64,000 nt of DNA from an uncultured Peptococcaceae bacterium (GTDB lineage: Bacteria; Bacillota; Peptococcia; Peptococcales; Peptococcaceae), in NCBI GenBank assembly GCA_958451915.1, contig CAUDRX010000001.1, forward strand, positions 31,381 through 95,380, written 5' to 3'. The position numbers were made by a program, and so were the translations under genes. Position 1 is the stretch's first letter; every line of letters starts with the position of its first letter. Shown here piece after piece: positions 9,298 to 18,228 of this stretch. The notes beneath the pieces were generated by a model. That model saw nothing but the letters and a program-made list of their open reading frames with translations. It ran no database searches and had not been told where the DNA came from.

Positions 9298-10956
9298 TCA
9301 GCTGACCTGCTGGATGAAGAGGATCGTCTTATCCGGCTGGAGATTGGCGCTGCCGTAGCCACTGATGTTGAAGGTGTGGTCGCCGGAAGTGTAAGTGCCG
9401 GCAAAATAACCATCTGCCATACCAAAGAAGTTAAAGCCGCTCTCATTGGCCGGCGCAGTACCGACCTCCAAAGCGATGCCGAGGACGGCGGAAAGGTCTT
9501 CAACGCTCAGGGTGTCCGGGGCGTTCCTGACGACAAAGCCGAGGTCCGCCCAGACCACGCCGGTGGCGGTGGCTGTGGTGGATGGGAAGGTCGGCATGTC
9601 AGGGATCTCGACCGTGTATTCAGTGTCCTCCTCCTCGTCAGTCGTGGTCGTGTCGTCGTTCGTGGAAGGGGTTGTTGGTGTCGTCGGTGTGTTTGGTGTT
9701 GTCGGTGATGATGGCGTCGAACTGTCATCGGTGGTGTTATCGCCTACAGTCGGATAGGTCACGCCAGGATCGGTGCTTGTCAGGCGGTTCACGCTGTAAG
9801 TGCTGTCACTCTCCAGGGAAGCGCCGGCGGCCCGCAGCCGGTCTACCTGCACACTGTCACTCTCTTTGGCAGAGAGCGGCACGGTCTCGCCTTCAAAGCG
9901 GACGGCAAAGTTGCCGCCTTCGGCACGGAAGACGATGTACTGGTCATCGCCGATCACCGACAGGGAGCCGGGACCGTAGGTGCCAGCCAGTTCGGCGTAG
10001 GTCTTGCCGATGATGTTAAAGGCGTCAGCGTTGATGCTCATGCTCTTTGCCATGGTGCCGTCCTGACCGACACGTCCGGCGATGAAACCGGATTCAAAGA
10101 TTGGGTTGGTGATAAGGCCGCCATTGGCGTCAGAGGAAGCGGCCAGCTGGATATGGTCGGCGTCGGTGAGAACGAAGGTGTAAGTGTTGCCGTTCTCATC
10201 TTCAAAGATGTATTTGTTCTCCTGGAACTCGAGTGGATAAGCGTGGTCGCCGATGCTCCAACGATACTGGCCAGTGCCGATCTTTTCAATGACGCTGCCG
10301 GTATTGTAGTTGCGCCAGTGGCCGACGATGGTGTCTTCAGCCAGGCTGGTATCCGGGGCGATGGTGTCGGCATTTTTGACCTGAGCAGACGGGTCTTCCG
10401 GTGGGGTGGTGTCAAAGACATCGGTGAAGAGGTAGATCGCTGCGACAGCCGCCAGAGCGATGCCGATCACCAGGGAAACGATGGTGAGTGCTTTCTTGCG
10501 CAGGCGCCGGTTCAGGTCGCCGTCTTCCAGGTCTTCATCTTCGGCGTCATCGTCTTCCACGAGGAATGCCGGGAGAGCGGGTTTTTCGGGTGTGTCCTCG
10601 CTGCCTTCGTCTATAGCTGGCTCCGTTTCGCCGGCAAAGATATCTTCACTGACTGCGTCCATCAGGGCTTCGCCGTCTCCGGGGATGTCTTCATCGCTTT
10701 CGTGGTCGTTTTCGGCCGCTGCTGCTTCTCCGTCTGCGAGGCTATCGCTGTCGGATGCGTCAGCAGAGATATCATCTGCGGTGAAGTCTTCCGCTGCATC
10801 AGCATTTTCGGTGTCCGCGCTGTCTGTGTTCTGGCGCCAGTCTTCCAGCGGCGGCATCATGCGCGTCATCTCGCTGGCATCCTGGTCGAGGGGCTTGCCG
10901 CATTTCTTGCAGAAATGCCCTTCCTGATCGGGGGCGCCGCAATATGGACATTGCAT
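9298..10956 (-). CDS. zinc-ribbon / acidic linker / single-TM / extracellular-domain protein
   Basis: MQCPYCGAPDQEGHFCKKCGKPL zinc ribbon, about 130 aa of D/E-rich sequence, TM ALTIVSLVIGIALAAVAAIYLF, an extracellular region and a T/P-rich linker TPSSPTTPNTPTTPTTPST. Confidence 0.75.
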   Translation of the reverse strand: MQCPYCGAPDQEGHFCKKCGKPLDQDASEMTRMMPPLEDWRQNTDSADTENADAAEDFTADDISADASDSDSLADGEAAAAENDHESDEDIPGDGEALMDAVSEDIFAGETEPAIDEGSEDTPEKPALPAFLVEDDDAEDEDLEDGDLNRRLRKKALTIVSLVIGIALAAVAAIYLFTDVFDTTPPEDPSAQVKNADTIAPDTSLAEDTIVGHWRNYNTGSVIEKIGTGQYRWSIGDHAYPLEFQENKYIFEDENGNTYTFVLTDADHIQLAASSDANGGLITNPIFESGFIAGRVGQDGTMAKSMSINADAFNIIGKTYAELAGTYGPGSLSVIGDDQYIVFRAEGGNFAVRFEGETVPLSAKESDSVQVDRLRAAGASLESDSTYSVNRLTSTDPGVTYPTVGDNTTDDSSTPSSPTTPNTPTTPTTPSTNDDTTTTDEEEDTEYTVEIPDMPTFPSTTATATGVVWADLGFVVRNAPDTLSVEDLSAVLGIALEVGTAPANESGFNFFGMADGYFAGTYTSGDHTFNISGYGSANLQPDKTILFIQQVS

Positions 10957-11133
10957 AGGATCATCTCCTTTGCAGAGGATTTACATAAATAGTCACCTTC
11001 ATTATCACAAAAAAACGCCAGCGGTGCAAGGCCGCCGGCGTGTTTTCGTGTGGAGATATGGTTAAAGGCATTTGTCGTGCCCATTGCTTGGTGCTATACT
11101 AGAAGCATCTTATCAGAAGGAAGGGATCTTCTC

Positions 11134-11781
11134 ATGGAGAAGGAAGCAAAGATCACAAGATCCTGTATCGATTGTCATGTTATCAACTGCCGCCGCGGTG
11201 AAGAAGGTAAGTATCCGGATTTCTGCCTCACCACCAACGTGCCGGAAGAAGTCCAGGAGAAAGCGATGGCACTCCTGCGTGAGCCGGAGAACAACCGTAT
11301 CGCTGTTTCCGCTGCCGAAGTTGAGTACGAAGGCTACGGCAAGCGTACCCGCGTTGAAGAGGTCATCCAGTTTGCGCGCAAGATCGGCGCCAGGAAGCTC
11401 GGCATTGCCACCTGCGCCGGCCTTGCTGAAGAATCGCGCACCCTCGCAAAGATCCTGCGCACCAATGGCTTTGAAGTCTACGGCGCCGTTTGCAAGATGG
11501 GCGCGCATCCAAAGGTCTCCATCGGCATCCCAAAGGAATGCGAAGCCGTCGGCGTCAATATGTGCAACCCTGTGCTGCAGGCCCTGGCTTTGAATGAAGC
11601 TCATACCGATCTCAATCTCATCATGGGTCTGTGCGTTGGCCATGACAGCCTCTTCATCAAATATTCCGATGCCCTCGTCACTTCCGTTGTCACCAAAGAC
11701 CGTGTTCTCGGCCACAACCCATGCGTCGCCCTCTATCAGTACGACAAATATTACAAGCGCCTGCAGGAACCGCAGGATTGA
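11134..11781 (+). CDS. DUF1847-like metal-binding protein
   Basis: GAAGGAAGGGA precedes ATG 11134. Cys-rich N-terminus CIDCHVINC and an LIMGLCVGHDSLF motif, as I recall for DUF1847. Confidence 0.6.
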   Translation: MEKEAKITRSCIDCHVINCRRGEEGKYPDFCLTTNVPEEVQEKAMALLREPENNRIAVSAAEVEYEGYGKRTRVEEVIQFARKIGARKLGIATCAGLAEESRTLAKILRTNGFEVYGAVCKMGAHPKVSIGIPKECEAVGVNMCNPVLQALALNEAHTDLNLIMGLCVGHDSLFIKYSDALVTSVVTKDRVLGHNPCVALYQYDKYYKRLQEPQD

Positions 11782-11792
11782 GGAGGCGCGGC

Positions 11793-12230
11793 ATGCGATT
11801 TCAGAACGCAGTGATGGCGGATTTTGATACCGCCTTTGACTTTATCGAAAAGCTGTGGACCTACAATTCCTATGATCGTGAGGAGATCAGGCATGTCTAC
11901 GCGGAGGTCCTCGCCGACCCTGCGAGCTTCGCTTTCTTTCTCGTGGATGAGGATGGGCATGCTCTCGGCTTCTGCCACGGTGTCTTCTTTAACACCTTCT
12001 GGCTTTCCGGGCAGACCTGCTATCTTTCGAGCCTCATCGTCAGGGAAGGCGAACGCGGCAAAGGCTATGGCCGCGCCCTCATGGATCACGCACGTGATCT
12101 CGCCCGGGCCCGCGGCTGCAAAGGCATCGTCCTCGACAGCGGCCTGCCCCGCACCGGCGCGCACGCGTTTTATGAGCACTATGGCTTTGAGAAGAGCTGC
12201 TACGGCTTCGATTATTATCTGGAGGCCTGA
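11793..12230 (+). CDS. GNAT family N-acetyltransferase
   Basis: AGGAGG precedes ATG 11793. Acetyl-CoA site REGERGKGYGRALMDHARDLA. Confidence 0.8.
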   Translation: MRFQNAVMADFDTAFDFIEKLWTYNSYDREEIRHVYAEVLADPASFAFFLVDEDGHALGFCHGVFFNTFWLSGQTCYLSSLIVREGERGKGYGRALMDHARDLARARGCKGIVLDSGLPRTGAHAFYEHYGFEKSCYGFDYYLEA

Positions 12231-12317
12231 GCGTTTCTCTGGAAACTGGCCGATGATGGTCCGGTGGATATAAAAAAGATGCAGCCTTTGGCGGCTGCGG
12301 ATCAAAACATACAAATG

Positions 12318-12352
12318 AAAAGAGCGCGCCGCATCACGCGGCGCGCTCTTTG
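12318..12352. terminator. bidirectional intrinsic terminator
   Basis: AAAAGAGCGCGCCGC-atcac-GCGGCGCGCTCTTT between convergent GNAT and icd. Confidence 0.8.
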
Positions 12353-12368
12353 ACATTCAGGCAGGGGG

Positions 12369-13580
12369 TTACGCCAGCTTGGCGTCAAGACGAGCGGCGA
12401 TGGCATCGAGGAATTCTTCGCTGGTAACAGCATGCTTGTTCTCGATGGTGGAGAGGCTCATGAGGTCTTTGGTCATGGTGCCGCTTTCGATGGTCTCGAT
12501 GGTGGCCGCCTCCAAAGCATCGGCGTACTTTTGCAGGGCATCGTTGCCGTCCATCTCGCCGCGCTTGCGCAATGCACCGCTCCAGGCGAAGATGGTGGCG
12601 ACAGAGTTGGTGGATGTCGTTTCGCCTTTGAGGTGTTTGTAGTAGTGGCGCTGTACGGTGCCGTGAGCGGCTTCGTATTCGTAGTAGCCCTGTGGGCTCA
12701 CGAGCACGGAGGTCATCATGGCGAGGCTGCCGAAAGCAGTGGCGACAAGGTCGCTCATGACGTCGCCGTCGTAGTTCTTGCAGGCCCAGATGAAGCCGCC
12801 TTCGCTGCGCACGACGCGGGCTACGGCGTCATCGATGAGGGTGTAGAAGTAGGTGATGCCGGCTTCTTCGAAACGGTCCTTGTAGTCGCGGTCGAAGATC
12901 TCCTGGAAGATGTCTTTGAAACGATGGTCATAGATCTTGGAGATGGTGTCCTTGGTCGCGAACCAGACATCCTGTTTCGTGTCGAGTGCGTAGGTGAAGA
13001 CAGCATTGGCGAAGCTGGCGATGGAAGCGTCACGGTTGTGCATGCCCTGGATGACGCCAGGCTCGGTGAAAGTGAAGATCTCTTTTTCTTCCGTGCGGCC
13101 GTCTTCGTAGTCTACTTTCAGGCTGGCTTTGGCTGGACCGTCAACGCGCAGTTCACTGTTCTTGTAGACGTCGCCATAGGCATGACGGGCGACGGTGATC
13201 GGTGCTTTCCAGGTGCGCACGAATGGATGGATGCCATCAACGAGGATCGGTGCGCGGAAGACAGTGCCGTCCAAAAGGGCACGGATGGTGCCGTTCGGGC
13301 TCTTCCACATCTCTTTGAGGTTGTATTCTTCAACGCGGGCAGCGTTTGGCGTGATCGTGGCACATTTGACGCCAACACCGTATTTTTTGATGGCTTCGGC
13401 TGCGTCTGCAGTCACCTGGTCGCCAGTAGCGTCGCGGTGTTCGAGGCCGAGGTCGTAGTATTCAGTCTTGAGATCGACATAAGGGAGGATCAGTTTGTCT
13501 TTGATCCAGGCCCAGAGGATGCGTGTCATTTCGTCGCCGTCCATTTCGACGAGCGGCGTGGTCATTTTGATTTTTTCCAT
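12369..13580 (-). CDS. icd: NADP-dependent isocitrate dehydrogenase (homodimeric, eukaryote-like type)
   Basis: N-terminus [47 protein letters not shown] and full-length similarity to the about 400-aa IDH class. Confidence 0.92.
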   Translation of the reverse strand: MEKIKMTTPLVEMDGDEMTRILWAWIKDKLILPYVDLKTEYYDLGLEHRDATGDQVTADAAEAIKKYGVGVKCATITPNAARVEEYNLKEMWKSPNGTIRALLDGTVFRAPILVDGIHPFVRTWKAPITVARHAYGDVYKNSELRVDGPAKASLKVDYEDGRTEEKEIFTFTEPGVIQGMHNRDASIASFANAVFTYALDTKQDVWFATKDTISKIYDHRFKDIFQEIFDRDYKDRFEEAGITYFYTLIDDAVARVVRSEGGFIWACKNYDGDVMSDLVATAFGSLAMMTSVLVSPQGYYEYEAAHGTVQRHYYKHLKGETTSTNSVATIFAWSGALRKRGEMDGNDALQKYADALEAATIETIESGTMTKDLMSLSTIENKHAVTSEEFLDAIAARLDAKLA

Positions 13581-13726
13581 CGATACAGACTCCTTTGTTG
13601 ATTTTTAGATTTCGTTTCTATTTTACTTTAATTGTGTCCGGCTGTGCAACAAGTCTTTCATTATTTTTGAAAGGTGCTATAATCAGAAGTAGACAAACGC
13701 TTCAGCCATCGCAAGTGGAGAAGGGA

Positions 13727-14992
13727 ATGATCATCACTATGAAGAAACATCCAAAAGCCGTCGCACTCTGCCTTTCTGCGGCCCTTTTGTCGATGAGTCT
13801 GGTGCCGTCGCTGGCCGCAGAGAACGCCGGGCATGTTGATGAACCAGGCGTCGGGGACCCTGCACAGGGCCAGGAGACGCCAGACCAGACCGAACAGCCA
13901 GAAAAAGAACCGGAAGTTACCACAACCACTCCGGCATATAACGACAGCCATCAGGAGGCCGACGGCCTGACCGTTGTCAGCGGTATCCTCCTGGTCAATA
14001 AGAACCACCCATTGCCATCGGATTACGCGCCCGACTATACCAATGGCGCCGGCCAGAGCACGAGCCTCCAGGGCGAAGCCCAGGCTGCGGCAGAGGCGTT
14101 TCTGGCGGCAGCCAACGCCCAGGGCAACAGCATGTATGTGCTCTCCGGTTACCGCAGCTATGACGTGCAGGCGAGTCTTTTTGCCAGCTACGCTGCGGCC
14201 AATGGCGAGGAGAAGGCCAATACCTTTTCGGCCCGTGCCGGTCAGAGCGAGCATCAGACGGGCCTTGCCTTTGATGTGGGCGACGCCGCTCACAGCGGCT
14301 ACAATCTGCAGACATCCATTGACCAGTTTCCTGGTGTGCAGTGGATGATGCAGCACTGCGCCGAATATGGTTTCATCCTGCGTTATCCGCAGGGCAAGGA
14401 AGCCATCACCGGTTACCAGTACGAGCCGTGGCATTACCGCTATGTTGGCGTAGAGGCGGCGCAGGCCATCACATCCAGCGGCCTTACCCTTGAGGAATAC
14501 CTCGGCGATGTGCAGACGGAGGATTCCGGCGGCCGTCAGCTCGCCATCGGACGCAGCACCAATTCCCTGTGTATTGATGGCGATTATTCCAAAGCGGCCA
14601 GCTATAACATCGCCGGCAACAACTATTTCCGTCTGCGCGACCTGGCGACAATGCTTCGCGGCACCCCGGCGGAATTTGACGTCGGCTACGCAGATGGCCG
14701 TATCACCATCGAGAGCAGGACCACGCTTTCCGGAACGCCGACCCTGATCGAACTTTCAACCAACGACATCGCCGTGCCGAACACCATGGCTGTGCTCTGT
14801 GACGGAGAATACGTTGTACCAAAGGCCTATAACATCAATGGCTTTACCTATTTCAAACTGCGCGATCTGGGACAGTTGCTCGGTTTTGTCGTGGATTGGG
14901 ACAGCGCGGCCCAGAGTATGGTCATCGAGACCGGCGGCAATGCTGCTATCACAAGCCTGCTCGCACCAGTCATCTTTGATGCAGAGGCATGA
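13727..14992 (+). CDS. M15B (VanY-type) D-alanyl-D-alanine carboxypeptidase with C-terminal stalk-domain repeats
   Basis: Signal peptide; SGYRSYDVQASLF, SEHQTGLAFDV and EPWHYRYVG motifs. C-terminal IAGNNYFRLRDLATML and INGFTYFKLRDLGQLLG repeats. Start chosen at ATG 13727 after GGAG. Confidence 0.85.
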   Translation: MIITMKKHPKAVALCLSAALLSMSLVPSLAAENAGHVDEPGVGDPAQGQETPDQTEQPEKEPEVTTTTPAYNDSHQEADGLTVVSGILLVNKNHPLPSDYAPDYTNGAGQSTSLQGEAQAAAEAFLAAANAQGNSMYVLSGYRSYDVQASLFASYAAANGEEKANTFSARAGQSEHQTGLAFDVGDAAHSGYNLQTSIDQFPGVQWMMQHCAEYGFILRYPQGKEAITGYQYEPWHYRYVGVEAAQAITSSGLTLEEYLGDVQTEDSGGRQLAIGRSTNSLCIDGDYSKAASYNIAGNNYFRLRDLATMLRGTPAEFDVGYADGRITIESRTTLSGTPTLIELSTNDIAVPNTMAVLCDGEYVVPKAYNINGFTYFKLRDLGQLLGFVVDWDSAAQSMVIETGGNAAITSLLAPVIFDAEA

Positions 14993-15062
14993 AAAAAGCC
15001 GGGCGGTCACGCTCGGCTTTTATTGCTATCCATTATAAATGAAAAAGAAAGGACGGATCATC

Positions 15063-15638
15063 ATGTTTGAGATCGATCACAGCGCCCAGGAGCGGGAGAG
15101 CATCCTTCAGGAGATGGTCGAACGCCAGGCGCCCCAGGACGATGACATCTTTGTCATCGGCTGCAGCACCAGCGAAGTCTGCGGTAAGCGCATCGGCAAA
15201 GCCGGCAGTCCTGACGTTGCCGCGCATCTTTTTCCAGTGCTGCGCCGTTTCGCCCAGGAATATCATCTGCACCTCGCTTTTCAGTGCTGCGAGCATCTGA
15301 ACCGCAGCCTTGTGGTGGAACGTGAGACCATGCGCCGCTTCGGCCTCACCGAGGTCTGTGCGGTGCCCCATGTGCACGCAGGCGGTTCCATGGCCAGTCA
15401 CGCCTATCGCGCTTTTACCAATCCTGTGCTCGTGGAGAGCGTGCAGGCCGGCTACGGGCTGGACATCGGCGAGACCATGATCGGGATGCATATGCGCCCC
15501 GTTGCCGTACCGATGCGCCTGGCCCATCGCAGCATTGGTGAAGCCCGCGCCAACCCAAGCTTCTCCCGCCCGCGTCTTGTCGGCGGTCTGCGTGCCCGCT
15601 ATACCCTCGAAGATGCCGACAACTATGGCAACGAGTGA
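15063..15638 (+). CDS. TIGR01440/DUF436 family protein
   Basis: IGCSTSEVCGKRIGKAGS and QCCEHLNRSLVVER motifs typical of this family. Confidence 0.7.
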   Translation: MFEIDHSAQERESILQEMVERQAPQDDDIFVIGCSTSEVCGKRIGKAGSPDVAAHLFPVLRRFAQEYHLHLAFQCCEHLNRSLVVERETMRRFGLTEVCAVPHVHAGGSMASHAYRAFTNPVLVESVQAGYGLDIGETMIGMHMRPVAVPMRLAHRSIGEARANPSFSRPRLVGGLRARYTLEDADNYGNE

Positions 15639-15739
15639 CCACGATCATTTCCCGGAAAGCAGCAGCTTCCCCGGCGTTTGATCTGTAAAAGCCGCTGGAT
15701 CTGTCGAAAGAAAGACAAACCCCAGAAAGGAGTTTATCT

Positions 15740-16735
15740 ATGTCAAATCTCTATCCGCCTCACGTACTGCCGCGCGTGGAACTGAAGTACAAGGCGAAAG
15801 ACCTTTTGCGCGGCAACTGGCCTGTACTTATCGGTGTGACGCTGCTCTATCTCCTGCTGACCGGTTTCCAGGTCACGATGACCTACGGCCCGGAAGATGT
15901 ACAGGCGCTCTTTGATGCCGGTGCGAGTGCCAGCATCCCTGAGATCATCGCCTATTATTTCGGCAGTCAGCCGCTTTCGATGCTTGGCTCTGCGATCGGC
16001 AGCATCGGTGTCGGCACAATGGCGATGACGGCGTTCCTTGCTATCATCTCGTCGCTGCTCATCGATGGGGTGCTCAGCTACTGCTTCACCGCCTGGTTCA
16101 TCGTCCTTGCAGAGATCGGGCACAGTCGTCCGCTCCGCTTTGCTGATTTCGCCGAGACCTTCTCTGGTGCGATCAAAGGCCTTCTTGCCTACATCTGGCA
16201 GCAGCTCTGGATCGTGATCTGGAGCCTTGTGGGTCTGCCGGGGTTTGTGATCATGCTGCTCTCAGTGGGGCAGGTGACCATCAGCTCGACAAACCTCTAT
16301 GCCAGCGTCGCTGTCGGCGGCTCGAGCTTCGGCATGTTCTTCGGTGGTGTGCTCTATATTGCTGGTATGGTCGCGCTCTATCTCGTGACCCTGCGCTATC
16401 ACTTCATCTTCCAGCTTGTTGCCGACGGACGCGGCAAGGTCGGTGCGCGTCAGGCCCTGCGCTATTCCTGCGCCATCACCAGGGGCCATCTGAAAGAGCT
16501 TTTTGTTCTTGAACTCTCCTGGATCCCATGGTTCTTTGCCGTTGCCATGACGCTGGGATTGGCAGGTTTTTACCTGATCCCGTATGTCAACGCCACTTAC
16601 GCCCTCGCATACCGCTGGCTGCGCGATCAGGCCTTTAATGATGGCCGTCTCGATCCGGCAGCGCTGGGCTATGTCCAGGCTGGTACGCAGGCGCAGACCG
16701 CAGCCGCTGACGATGGCCCGGTCATCGATATCTGA
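15740..16735 (+). CDS. DUF975 family integral membrane protein
   Basis: N-terminus ELKYKAKDLLRGNWPVLIGVTLLYLLL followed by multiple TM segments. Confidence 0.7.
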   Translation: MSNLYPPHVLPRVELKYKAKDLLRGNWPVLIGVTLLYLLLTGFQVTMTYGPEDVQALFDAGASASIPEIIAYYFGSQPLSMLGSAIGSIGVGTMAMTAFLAIISSLLIDGVLSYCFTAWFIVLAEIGHSRPLRFADFAETFSGAIKGLLAYIWQQLWIVIWSLVGLPGFVIMLLSVGQVTISSTNLYASVAVGGSSFGMFFGGVLYIAGMVALYLVTLRYHFIFQLVADGRGKVGARQALRYSCAITRGHLKELFVLELSWIPWFFAVAMTLGLAGFYLIPYVNATYALAYRWLRDQAFNDGRLDPAALGYVQAGTQAQTAAADDGPVIDI

Positions 16736-16749
16736 GGAGGGATTCCGTC

Positions 16750-17778
16750 ATGAATGAACAGGAAACCCCGCGTTACGAACGCGTCGAGGATGCAGTCGTG
16801 ACAGAAACGGCTGCGCCCGGGGGTGAGGGCCCAGAGAGACCACGCCGCAGCAGATGGACGGCTTTCCTTGTCGCCATAGGCATCCTTGCAGCCGTTGCTT
16901 TCGTTGCTTTTTTCGGCCTTGGCGGTCAGAGCGGCGTTGCCAGCCAGCGCAACGCTGATAATGTTGAGATCATTGATATCAACGGCACCATCCAGAGCGC
17001 TGGTGAGACCTACAACCAGAGTTTCATCGAAAAACGCATCCGGATCGCCCAGGATGATCCGCATAACAGTGCCATTCTGCTCCTCATCGATTCTCCGGGC
17101 GGGACTGTGAACGAAAGCGATGAGACCTATCTCGCCCTCATGGATTACAAGGAAGAGACTGGCCGTCCGGTCTACGCCTATTGCGGCGATTACTGCGCTT
17201 CCGGCGGCTATTACATTGCTTCGGCAGCAGATGAGATCGTTGCCGATCGCAACAGTTTCGTCGGCTCCATCGGTGTCATCTGCGGCCAGTTTGTCGATGC
17301 CACCGGCCTTCTGGAGAAACTCGGCATCGATATCACCACTGTGCACAGCGGTGCCAATAAGCTCATGGGCAGTTCCTACGAATCGCCGACCGAAGAGCAG
17401 ATCGCCATCTATCAGACCATCTGTGATGAGATCTATGACCGTTTTGTCGGCATTGTCGCAGAAAGCCGCGGCATGAGCGATGCTGATGTGCGCACCCTCG
17501 CCGATGGCCGCATTTACAGCGCCCGTCAGAGCCTGGATAATGGTCTCATCGATGGCATCATGTCGTTGGAGGATTTTGAGGAAGAACTGCGTGAGGACCT
17601 CGGAGATGACATCACGTTCTACCACGAAGTTTACAAACAGGACACCCTTGACAAGATCTTCAATCTCCTTGAGAGCGCCCTCGATACCGCCAGGGCTTCT
17701 TCCAGCGAGCTCGCTTCTACCATGGCGGCCATCGAGGAGATGAATGTCACTGAGCCGATGCTCCTCTATAACAATTAG
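16750..17778 (+). CDS. sppA: signal peptide peptidase SppA (S49, 36K type)
   Basis: N-terminal TM; LLLIDSPGGTV and CASGGYYIASAADEI motifs. Confidence 0.88.
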   Translation: MNEQETPRYERVEDAVVTETAAPGGEGPERPRRSRWTAFLVAIGILAAVAFVAFFGLGGQSGVASQRNADNVEIIDINGTIQSAGETYNQSFIEKRIRIAQDDPHNSAILLLIDSPGGTVNESDETYLALMDYKEETGRPVYAYCGDYCASGGYYIASAADEIVADRNSFVGSIGVICGQFVDATGLLEKLGIDITTVHSGANKLMGSSYESPTEEQIAIYQTICDEIYDRFVGIVAESRGMSDADVRTLADGRIYSARQSLDNGLIDGIMSLEDFEEELREDLGDDITFYHEVYKQDTLDKIFNLLESALDTARASSSELASTMAAIEEMNVTEPMLLYNN

Positions 17779-17787
17779 TGCTGAGTG

Positions 17788-17822
17788 ATGGCCGATGTTT
17801 GCGAACATCGGCCATTTTTTTA
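17788..17822 (+). terminator. intrinsic terminator after sppA
   Basis: GATGGCCGATGTT-tgcg-AACATCGGCCAT followed by TTTTTT. Confidence 0.85.
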
Positions 17823-17941
17823 TGCGATGCAGTTTCTCTGGACCCATGCGGGCATCAAACCAGGCGGCCGACGTTTTTCGCAACAAGCTGTCTGCTGCTG
17901 TGCACAAGGGGAAGAAAATACGGCTGGAGACGCGATGGCTA

Positions 17942-18207
17942 TTGACTTTGAGTGGCGTAACTAATACAATTAAAATTAGCTATGAAAGGGCTTGCAAGCG
18001 TTGTTTCCGCACAGAGAGCCGGTGGGTGGTGCGAACCGGCGGGAGGCTGCTTGTCGTCCACCCTGGAGCATTGGTGTAACGGCCACGGCTGGCAGCCGAT
18101 ATCCTGCCGTTGAGTGATGACCACAGGTGCCTGCGGGCACGTGTCATAATCTGGGTGGCACCGCGGAAGTATCCGTCCCTATCGTTTGATGGGAGACGGT
18201 TTTTTTA
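17942..18207 (+). promoter_or_regulatory. promoter plus T-box riboswitch leader (probable serine specificity)
   Basis: TTGACT-17 nt-TACAAT (17942-17970). Stem I elements AGAGAG (18013-18018) and GGTGCGAA (18028-18035). T-box sequence CTGGGTGGCACCGCG (18151-18165). Terminator CCGTCCC..GGGAGACGG plus T7 (18173-18206). Confidence 0.85.
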
Positions 18208-18228
18208 TTTTGGAAGGGAGGAACGCCA

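Noticed and set aside
11009-11048. Terminator-like hairpin (ACGCCAGCGG..CCGCCGGCGT with an A-run and a T-run) between the divergent zinc-ribbon and DUF1847 genes.
   Set aside because: No upstream gene on either strand could use it as a terminator. It may be a leader or attenuator structure, but I have no further support.
17795-18079. 94-aa ORF downstream of sppA.
   Set aside because: It overlaps the sppA terminator, the promoter and Stem I of the T-box leader, and has no Shine-Dalgarno sequence.
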